A stretch of 64,000 nucleotides of DNA from a virus: IMG/VR virus record IMGVR_UViG_3300017728_002360, one strand, 5' to 3'. Below, piece by piece: positions 8,736 to 20,700 of the stretch (its first letter is position 1; each line of letters opens with the position of its first letter). Under the pieces are notes generated by a model, which was not told where the DNA came from, searched no databases, and saw only the letters and a program-made list of their open reading frames with translations. The translations under genes and the position numbers were made by a program.

Positions 8736-11700
8736 TTATTTAGGTAACGCCACCTCTTTGTTTCTTAAGAACCTTCCGATGTTATTTTCTTGCAATCTTA
8801 GTGGAGTTCCGTTATCAGTCCATTTTTTACCTATGCGTCTAACCACCATTATCTTGGTGTTAATCGCTGGTGTGTCTGTTAGTGTTACTACTGGATTGAC
8901 TCCATCAACACTAAATTCTGCTGGTAGTGTAATATCTCCCTCTGGACTGTCCAAATCATTGCTTGGATTGAAGGAACTTATCGCATTCTTGCGTAATCTA
9001 CGTCCACCTACAAAAATCTCAAATTCGTTTACGTTGTTTGGTATAAAGTCTACAGTTACAGCTCTAGTTGAGCCATCTGCTGTAAATGTCTGTGTTCTCA
9101 TCTCATCTTTATACGGTACAGTCTGGTACACACTCTGATCTAGCACCTGTGCTCCAGCTGTGTGTAGTGTTTTAATACCTGTACCTAGTGTACCTCTGCG
9201 TAACTGTCTAATAGCACCTTCTTCTTTTAGATAGTATTCAATACGTTCTCCGCCAATGAATATGATGCCTGGAATACCTTTATCTCTGTTTGGCTGTGGT
9301 AATCCGTCTGCGTTAGTTACAAATATTTTAGTATCATACCAGTTTAAGTTCTGTGCTAGTGTGTATTCAACATCATCACCCAAACGTTTGAAGTGTGTTC
9401 TATTAAGCATATCTTTAAACTGTCTAAATCCAAACTTGCCAACTATTGTGCTGTTTGAGAAGTGTATCAACTCAATTACATCATTTGCATTAAGATCTAC
9501 TACAACTCTAATAGTTTGTTTATCATCTTGTAAGTAATAATCAACACTTGGAGTTAACAAGGCGCCATTTACTACTAACCAAACATATTCAGCATCGATG
9601 GCCGCTTTACGCAACTTGATGATACCGTTTGTAAGTTGATGATATTCTGTGTAATTATCTGTACCAACTGTAATTGGGTTACGTGTAACTATGTCTAAGT
9701 TTTCTCTTTCAATTTGTCTTACATCATGATTTGTTAACTGATATACAGTTACACTTTCATTGTTTGCAGGAGCAGTATCAAGATAAACTTTACCTGGAGT
9801 TTCAACCCATAAGCCGTTACCGTCTAAGAAACCAAATGCGTATTCGCCACCGTCAATTACATAAACATCTAATACATCACCGTCAACACCTATGTCAGAG
9901 AACAGTTCTACTGAAGCATTAAACGTATTCCAGTTCCAAGCAGTTGAAAGTGTAAGTTCTGTTCCGTTTAAGAAAACTCTAACTTGGTTTGCACCAACAC
10001 CAGCTTGAGTAATTTGATAATCTCTTAATTGATATTCTCTTACTCCTGTTGTTACTTTAAACTGTTGATTGTATCCTGCATTTAATACTTTGTTTCCAAC
10101 TTTAACAATTACATTATGTTCTAATGGTTTTTGATTTAGTGGAGTTTGTGCAAGAGCAAATTCTTTGTTTGTTCCGTCACCTGTAAATGTATCTGTTGCA
10201 ATCTGTGAGAATGATTTACTTGCACTATCAAATATTGCATATTGTATTACAGTACTGTTAAGAGGTGCAGTACCTAGTTTAAACACACACATTCCTTTTT
10301 GTGCATAAGTGCCATCTGTTTCTGCCATGTCAACGTTTGTTGTTACACCGTCAACTGTTAAGAAGAAACTTAATGTTGATTTAAATGGAATGCTTGTAAC
10401 AAACTGTGCAGTTGAACCGTCACCTATAAACTGATCAACATCAAGTATTTTCTCACCATTGTTACTCATTGTAATAATGTGTACCTGTTGTTTGTCACCT
10501 GGTGCAGTTGTTAATTTAAGTTTTTTGTTTTGATAGTCAACTGTAAACTCTGAGTGTGATAAAATAGTGCCATGTACTTTTACCCAAACGTCCTTTTGAC
10601 TTAATGGTACGTAATTAATATCAAAGTCTTTATTAGTTCCGTCACCTAAATAGTTGTAACTATGTAACACACTTGAACCGTCTCCAGTTCTTTCATAAAC
10701 CTTAATATCTAGTGTATCTAAAACTTGTCCTGGAACAAGCTCTTCAGGTCCTTTTGAAGTTAGTGGAGTAACAAATCCGTCACCGTCAATAACAATTTCT
10801 TCTGCACTAATACCTTTGGCAGTAGCATAAGCTAGGTCACCACCTTGTACTAATGTATCATATCCATCTGGATCTGGAATAAACGAACCGTCACTTGATG
10901 CTTTTCTAATTACAATAACATCATTTGCTACTGTTGGAATTTTTTCTTCGTCTAACTGTACTGTAGTTTGTCCTGTTCCTGTAATACTTTGCATTACAGC
11001 ATTTACATTTGTAGGAACTGTTGAACCATCGTATTGCGGATCATCTACTCTAATACCATTTTTGTATACGTTATATACTACGCCATTCGCTAATGGTTTA
11101 GCAAGTGCAAATACATTTGTACTTCCGTCTAATACAAAAACTTCATCTTCGTATGTGTTATCATAAGTGTCCCAAGTTGTTGTGTAGTAAGGATCACTAG
11201 CCCAACCTGTACCTGCTCCAAATGTGAAACTCTTAACTTCAATTCCTCCGTAATCAATACCGTCCATTAACTGCGATACGTCATTTCCTAACATACCTGT
11301 TGATGGAGTATAGAACAAGTTAATTCTATCCTGTGCTTGTAGCATAGTAATTTCTTTAGAATACTTAACAACAATCACAGCATTATTTGCCGGAGGTTCA
11401 GCAAACATGATTTGTCCTTTGGTTCTAACATAGGACTTATCTGAGTATTCAACGTTGCTGTATGTGTATTCACTTTGTAATGATTCAACACCATCTACAG
11501 TAACTTCTATTTGAGTCTTTCTTAAATCCATTGGCCATGTTAGGTTAAATGTTGTTTTACTTCCTGTACCTGTAAAGTTTTCTGTCTGCGATAGTGTAGT
11601 AATTAAGAACGTTCCTGTTACTCTATCAAACTTAGATACGTGATGTAATGCTCTAACCTTGCTGTTACCTAACTGTGCTGAAACAACTGCCGCAACCGAA

Positions 11701-14700
11701 CCTGTTGACTGTGTTCCATTAATGCTAACTGTAGGAGCACTTAGATATCCACTTCCTGGATTTGTAACTGTAATATATTTTATTGCTCCGCCTGTACCAA
11801 GTGTTGCTGTTGCAGTTGCACCTGATCCGCCGCCGCCTGTAAATTTAATTACTGGTACATCTAAATAACCTGTTCCGCCATTCTTGATGTTTACCGTTAA
11901 TACTTCAAAGCCAACATTTTCAGCCCAATACTTGTTAGGGTAATCAACTATGTTTGCATCTTGTCCATATATTAAATCATCTTTAACTTTTAAACTTGAA
12001 GGAACAATCTTACCATCATCAATGCTGTAAGCTGGTGGTATATCAAAGTCCGTTACACCTGTTGCAGTTGGATCTGTTTTTGTGTAAGAACTAATGTATT
12101 CTCTAATTTTTGTTTTGTATGGTTTAGCTTCTTCAACAAAATCTTCATAACTAGGTAAGCTATCATTTTGGAAAGTAATTTTCTGTGTTAAATCACCTGC
12201 GTTATGTTTAGCTTTCAAGAATGAAGTTTTAAATGCCCAATCAACCATTGGTTGTTCGCTAAACGCATATCTTAAACTTGCAAAGAACAGTTCGTTATAG
12301 TGTACAGCAAGATCATTTATAAAGATATCATCTCTTAATGCTGTTAAGATTTTTCTTAACTCTAGTGTTGGTTGATCGTCATAGAATGAAGTATCATAAC
12401 TTAATCCGTCGTAACCAATATTACTACTTGCTGGATCGTATAATGCTCTTGATAAAGCTATTGTTCCGTTCTGTCTACCAACAGTTTTATATTTTGTTGT
12501 GTAGTCTGTACCGATATCGCTGATCTTTTCTAACAGTAACCAACCACCTGATCCTATTGTACTAATTTTTACAATATCACCAACTGTGTCAGTTAAACTT
12601 TCTAATTCATATGAATAATCAACTAGGAAATTAATATCTGTAAATTCGCTGTAACCTATGTCATACCAGTCTGTGTAACTCCACCATTTAGTTGTGTCGT
12701 AACTTGAACTTGATGTTCTTTCCCATAATTTAGTTGTGTTGTTGTAGGCATATATTGCCCACTTGTTACTAACTGTTTCATCAACAGCAACAAGTACACT
12801 ATATTTTCTTACTGACAATGTTGTTGTGCTAGGATATCCTGAACCTGCATTCTTAACAGCAACATTTGTAATGGTACCTGCTGTATTCATTGTAATTGTA
12901 ATTTCTGCACCGCTACCGTTACCTACTAATCCAAACTCGTATGTTGGAACTGTAACGTAACCTTTACCACCATTTGCAATATCAACTCTTTCAAGTTTGC
13001 CGTTTACAAACACAGGTGTTAGTACTGCTGGAATAACATTTGATACTCCAACAAACTGTAGTTCTGCATTTGTTGTAACTGACTTGTCAAACTGTTTGCT
13101 TAACAATGTTGGTGTAGGATCTTTGCTTAAGAAAGCACTTAGATTTAATTCGTCAACAATTAGGTTTGCTTTTAATGTAGTGTTAGCTCTTTCAACAACT
13201 TGTTTAAGTGCTTCAACTCTATTTTTAAACATACCTTGTCTTGGTCTGTCTAGTATACCATATTTTTGTTTTTCACTTAAGATAGTGTCTGGCACCGGTC
13301 TTTCGTTTGTATCAACACCAATTAAACTGTCATACCATTTACGTTCAATATCTGCATTTGGTTTACTTGTACCTAAACCTTCTGACATTAACTGATACTG
13401 ATTGTGTATGTTAATTTCTTTATTATCAATAGTCCAATAACGGAAGTTGATTGCATTGTCTGGTCCACTTACAAGTGATTCACAGTTGTATAAACCAAAT
13501 TTATTGTTGCTGTAAAGTGCAACAAATTTTTGTCCCATTGCCATTGGATCCGTAATTAATTGTGCTACGTCATAAGCAGAAGTTTTTCTCCACTCTAAGT
13601 CTGGAATAACTTTTGTATTCTTAACCCAATAGTAATATTTGTTACTAAATCCTTTTGATATTTCATTGTAAACTTGTACTTGTACAAAGGTGTTTACATC
13701 TTTAGCTGTACCACTTATACCTTTTACAAGACCTTCTTCTGTGTCTGCTGTTTCGTTCCATTGTGTTGGAGTAAGTGTAGATTCAACCCATTCATAAACA
13801 TCAATACTTGCTCCAGTAAATAATTTATTCCAGTTAGCTGTATTGTAAATTATGTTTCCTTGGTATGGGTTTACAAATTTAGCTGTGCTAATATCCCACC
13901 ATAGTCTGCCTACGTTTGCATTATTCCAATAATTTTCTGGATCAATTACAGTATTAGGTGTGTTAGTTCCGTTAGTATAAACTGCTGGATCATAATGTGT
14001 TTTGAAAGTTAATTCTTCCTCAGCCGCTCCGGCAATTTTTCCTTGTATAGGATCAATGTAATCTATTTTTTGTGCAATAGGATTAGGTCCCATTGTGTAA
14101 ATGAATACGCCTTTAAATTTAGTTAAGTCAACTTGGTCAGTTGGTGTGTGCAAAGTTTGCCAAGGTAGAGCTTCTCTATCTCTCTTGTAATCTAGTAACG
14201 TACCTATGTAGTTGTTCCAAGTAGATGAATCTTCCATATCTCTAACTGAAAGCTCTGGCATCGGAACGTAAACGTGATTCTCATTAAACAATAAGTATTC
14301 GCCAAATCTTTCTACTGAAGCATTTTTGTAATTAAACTTCTCTGCGTATAATAATTTGTTTTGTACCTTCTGATACATAAACACTTGTCCGCTATCTGTG
14401 TTTACACTTTCAAATTGTGTTAAGTTATTATCAAATGTAGTTGACAACACATCAAACGTTGTGCTTGTTACAAGGTCTCCGCCTTTAGAACTTACAATTA
14501 AATCATTGCCTTCAAAGTCTATCGCGGCTCCAAATCTTTCAGCTACATCATTTTCAGGACTGTATAAAGTTTGTGTTTGACTAAACACACCGCCTACACT
14601 AGTGTATACAAATACCTTACCGTTATTGTCTGAACGTGTATCGTCTTCTGGTGCACCTACGGCTAACATATCTCCTGTGTCGTTTAGACTAATTGCACTT

Positions 14701-17700
14701 CCATATTTTATTCCAACTGTCGGAGCAGGAAGCATCTGTGAAAATTCATAGTGGCCGTTGTTAATTCTGTAAATTATAATCTTAGGATCACTGTTGTTAA
14801 AGTCTGCCACAGTTGCAAGTACATCTCCGTATTTGCTAATTGAGAATGGGTGTGCATACTGTATTAAGTTGCCTTTATCAAATGTGCTATCATCACTTAC
14901 ACTTAATCCTGTATCATTAGGAACATAACCAATGTAGTCAATGTTGTTTGCTAACAATGTCCAATACGTTAAAACAAACGCACCTGGTGTTAAATTAGTT
15001 TTTGCTTGATAGAAACTTCCTTGATATAAAACTATATCGTCTGTGTAATAAGTTTGTGCGACATCATACTCGCCTCTAAAGAATAGATTCTTACTTCTAC
15101 CCCATTCGTAAACTGTACCGTCTGCATCTGTACCGTGATTAACAAAGTGTATTCTACCACTGTTGCTAACATCTAAGTTTCCTGGAGCACTTACATATAA
15201 TCTATAAAAATCTGTTATTGTATTTGACTTACATAATTCTATCTGAGTACCTAGATTACGGTTACTTGCTCTTTGAGGATTTGTGTAACCATGCTGGTAA
15301 CTATAAAGTCCTGTACCCATTTTTTCATAAACAAAATATACACCTTCGTTTGTAAATGAACTTGCTGAACCAGTACTGTCTGTTTTAAGTGCTGAAACTT
15401 GTTTCCAATCCTTGTTAAGTGGATTAGGATAGTTAGGTGTTCTTGCTACACCATTTACGGTCCTATCGTTATAAACTTGTATTTCAACTTCATTTCTAAA
15501 TGTAGGTGTTGTTACAGGTAATTGTGTTGAGTCTGTAAATCTTACAACTACTAACTTACCAGTTAACGAACTAGACATATCCATATTGTCTAATCTACCT
15601 GATAGTCTGTCAATGCCTGCACTTACTCCATCTTTAATTGCAATGGTGCTTGTTGCGGAGTGTAAATTACCAAAGCTAAATGTACCGCTTCTATTTTTAA
15701 CGTATACTCTACAATCCAATAATTGTTCTTGTACATAAACAACTTCACCAGTTGCGTTTGTATTTTGATCAATAATCGTTTGTCCTATCTGAGGAATAAA
15801 AGCATTACCTTGGTTATCAAAGTTTGTAAATGTAACATCTACATAACCGTCCCATAGATCATAAACTTCGTGTCCTAGTGCTTGGTTAATGTAGTTTGTG
15901 TTTATTCCTAGTGTTGCAGGATCAAATACAGTATTCAAACTATTTCTAACCTTATTGACATACATCTTAAATGTATCGCCTGTGTTTAGTGTATCTGTCC
16001 AAGCCTTGTTTGCTCTAAAGAACCAGTATGGACTTAGGTCTGGCATACCTTGTTTGTTGTAGAAACTTAAATGTCCTAACTTACCGCCCTTGGTTGGATC
16101 ACTAACTTGATTCAACGCATACACATCGTCCATTGTGTTATAGTATACTTCAGGTGATTTACTTTCTGATTGTGTAATAATATCCTGTACTACAAACTGT
16201 GGAGTTGTTACACTCTTAACTGAACTTGTAAAACTTGTTAAGCCAGTTACTTTCCACCAGCCGCCAAACGTTGCTCCAGAATTTAAAGGATTCAATGCAA
16301 CATAAGTTCCCATGTTTTGCGTACCAAGTGTTGCACTACCACTATCAGTGAACTCACCGTTCATATCTTTGATATAGATAGTTGCTTGGTTTACGTTTTC
16401 AACATGGATGTAATCAACTGTACCTATTGCAGTTGTTGTACTAATAGTATCACCAACGTTAGGTGTTCTTAACATATTATCAAAGTATAGTATTGCATCT
16501 ACTTTACTTGCAATAGTTTTACTTCCTTCGAATTGTGCTACGCCCGGGCCGTTGCTACCAAAAGGTAAAATACCCGCTGGATAATTTTGTGAATATTGAT
16601 CCCAGTTTAATACAATAGTGTCGCCAGCCGCTGTTGCTTCGTATTGAGACAACGGAGCTCTAATTAACATATGATCCGTTGGAACATTAAAGTGATAATT
16701 ACCCCTTACAGCATAAACAACTTCTGGATAGTTTGACCCGTTCCATGAAGCTTCTGCTACTGTGGCAGTATCATAAAAACTGTTAAATGTTAATGTACCT
16801 TGTGCCTGTGCAATAGGAAATTGTGCTTCCCAGAAGTTTTCCTGATAGTTTACAATGTCGTTCTTAACATAAGACTGAGCACCTGTGAAGCTTCCTGCAA
16901 ATTTTGTTTTAACGTTACTTGCCTGCGGTGCACCTACCACTAACCATTTGCTATCTCTTGATAACGCAAGTCCTGTACCAAACTTACCGTCACCTGTGTA
17001 AATACCTGTTGGTGCGTCTAATGTTTGTGCGTGTATATATTGTCCGCCATCGTTTGTTCTATTGTATATGTAAACCTTGTTGGATTCACTTGCACCTACA
17101 ACTAGTGTTGAGTTTCTTTCATCACAAGCAATTACTTTACCAAAGTTTGTGGTAATATCACTTGTTTCTACATTAGAAATAACTTGGTGTTGGCTATGTA
17201 CAGGATTGTTTTTAATTACTACCCATTTGCTAGAACTATCATCGTCAACCCAAATAGTTTCACCTACTTTTATTTCACTGTTTATAAGTTTTGTATTTGC
17301 CGCTTCTAGGTCTGCAACTCTAACAGAAGTAAAGTTAGTAACAAATCCTGTTGCAGGATCTACATCTGTTGTTTTTCCATTTTCAGTACAAAATACAGTA
17401 TCTAATTCTGAACGTAATACTTTGTAAAATCTTTCATTGTCAGTAACATCAACTAAACCAATGATATCGTCTTTGACATATCTTGCTTGATTGTTTAGTT
17501 TTACTTCAACTTCATCAGTTGTACTATTTTTTGTTAGCTTAATTACTTTGTCTTCTGTACGTAGATATTTAAATACGTCCCAGTCGTTAGTTTTGTTTGT
17601 ACCTGTCCAAATATAATCACCAACGTTAAGAGTTGTAATTGCAATATTTAAAATTGCATCATAGTTTGCAACCTGTGTTTTAACATCTGAAGGATTAACG

Positions 17701-20700
17701 TATCCTGCTGTTTGAATGTAATCAACATCTTTATATTTTGTAGGGAATGGTTTATGATTATATCCATCTGGTTTTAAATAAGTTTCAAACGGTCTTTGTC
17801 TGTAAATTAAATCAGTTTCTGTTCCTGTGACACTATCTACAAGTGCAACAGGTTGCGGAGATAATCTAAACTTCGCTTCGTCAAGTTTATATTCTACTTC
17901 GTCAAAGGATTGTGCCGCACCTATTTGTCCTAAACGTAAAGCCCATTCTTCATGAAACTCTACACTATCAGCATCTGTGTTTGATAAAGCATCAAACAGT
18001 TTAGTTAAACTATTCTTTGTACTTTTGTCTTGAATAAATCCTTGATAGAATTTATACTGTGAAACATCATCATTAATAATGTTTTCCAAATACTTACGTT
18101 TCTGATAACCAATTAAATGCTGTGCAACTCTTTGTTGTGAAGTATCAAAGTTATCTGTATCTAAATCATAGAAATCTTCAAACTGTTTTGCTTTGTAATC
18201 AAAGTTTGCCATTAGTCCTGGCTCTGGTCGTTTATCTAAACGTTCCCATTGTTTAGCATCAAAGTTTAATTGTCCTGGAATTTTTACTTTTGCAACATAA
18301 TAAAATTCTTTGTGTTTTACTGTATCGCCAACTGCGTAATCTGTCCACTCTGCCCATTCTGTAACCTTGGCATTGTCATATATAAATCCTGGAATGTTAA
18401 AGCCACCAGTCCATTTGTCTGTTCTGTAGCCCATAACTTTTATTCTTGACTGACGGTAGCCTGGTTCTAGATCGTAAATGTAATCTTTAAACACAGTTGT
18501 ATTGTCTAATAATACAACGTGTTCAGTTTGTACTAATGGTAACTTAACACTAAAGATTCCGTCCGGTGTATTTTTAGTAGTGATCTCAATCCTGTTATCA
18601 TTGTCTCTATAAACACTTGCATAAGCAGGAATTAATTTTTTACCATCTGCTTTGAATAAGTTATAACCGTAAAAGTTATCAAAGATATCATCAGCTACGT
18701 GATATTTTTTATAGTAGCAAATCTTGTTTGCACCAGCACTTAAAGTAATAACACTTTTTTCTGCCCAGTTCTGTGTAGTCCAGAACATATATTCTTTTGC
18801 ACTTAAACGCCAATCCTCAACTTCGTTTATATCTGTATTGTAATTCTCAAAAACAAATCCTTGAACTTTTAAATATCTTTCATAACCTAGCAAGAAGTCT
18901 ACTACTTGTTGAATAGTTTGTAATTGTGTTCCGTAAGCAAGTTCTAATGGTTCGTCATTTATTCCTTCATTCCACTGTCTATGGAATACTGCTGTTCTGC
19001 CACCCTCTACAGGAAGTTCTGGCATAGCAACAAATTTTGTTTGATCAAAACTTTCAGCGGCAATGTGTTGGCTTTCTGTCATAAAGTAACGTCCACCAAA
19101 CTCTACAATTAGTCCTGGGCTGTAACTTTGTCCTTCTGTCCAAGTTACAAAGTCTGCACTTACTCCGCCCACTCTCACTACAGGATCGTCTGCTAATGAT
19201 ATTGGTGAGTAATATTTAAAGTAAGGATTATTATAGTTGTAACCTCTAATAACAAATCCGCCTTGGACCTTTTCAATGATTACACCACTGTATGGAACAA
19301 GGTCAATTACACTTGACTTGTTTAAAAATATTTGATAGTTTTCTTCAGGAACAAACACGTTACCTTCGTTGAACGGTGTTCTTGAATCTAGTATAAGTTT
19401 AAATTTACTCTTGTCAGTAAATCCGCCAATCTTTAATCCTAATTGGTTAGTAACATTTTTAAGATCTGTTTGATAATTTTTGTAATACTTAACTGTTCTA
19501 CTATTCATGTAATCATGAACATAGTTTACTAGTCCTGCTGTTTGTACTCTAATAGTATCTGAAGTTGTATTAGGAAAAACAACATCTTCAAGTCTTAATC
19601 TTTTATTTGTTTCACTGTAAATAACTTCTTTAGCAGGGTTACGTTTAATTCTTGATCTATCATAACCTAGTCCTAAGATTTTAGTTGGCTGATTTAACAA
19701 CCAAGCAATCATTAGTGCAAATGGATACTCTGAACTTCTACGCCAAGCTGTTTCTGTAGGTGCTTGATCTCCAAACACAAACGTCTGTTGTGTTCTATTA
19801 CTAATATAATCTTTTGCATAGTTTGAATCCAATGGACTTAACAGTTCGCCGCCATCATCTACAGGAATATGTTTTGTTATATTTGCTCTAGCATACTTGC
19901 TGTTATAAGTTACAGGTTCATTAGGTATTCTATATGCACCCTTCTCTATGTCTTGCCATAGTATTTTATTTTCACTTGTATAAGGTGCCGCACCATAAAC
20001 AGTCTGCCACCAAGTTGGCTCTTCGCTGTATCCTAATATTTCCCAAGGGTGTGTATGAGGACGATCAGTATCATATGCTTCTTTGTATATTGCTCTCCAA
20101 TACCCTGCGTTTTGTTTTCCGCTTGGACTATTGGTGTTGCTGTAATTAAATGTAAAGCTGTTAGTTCTTGACCAAAAGCTGTTATCTGCATAGTCCGGAG
20201 AACCTACTGCATTATTCCATTCAATAAATTCTGGTAACAATGACTTGTCTCTAGCTGATCTTGTAAATGTTGTATCCCTACTTTCACCGCCGATGAATTC
20301 AAATATGTTTATCATAGTAGCATCATATTCTACTTTGATATTATTATAAATTCTTTTTTCTAGTTCTAATAATAAATCATCTCTAAAGTCTTCGTACGCA
20401 ACAAAAATACTTCCGTCGTGTCCTTGAATAACTTTAGTTGGAACTTGATATGTTGTATCAGTAAATATCTCTGGTTTAAACTTTGGATACAAACCTAGTT
20501 TAGTAGGAGTTGCAGGAATGTAACTTCCGTCAGTTGTATTGTATTCGTAAATATCAATAACATCATTAATAACTTTTGTTTTAGTAATAGTTACAAAGCC
20601 ACTAAAGTCTGATTCAAATTTGTAATCAGTGCCTTCTATAAGTTGAACCCCATTTATATAAACGTTTACGGACTTATTAGAAAGTGTTGTAAGATCAAAT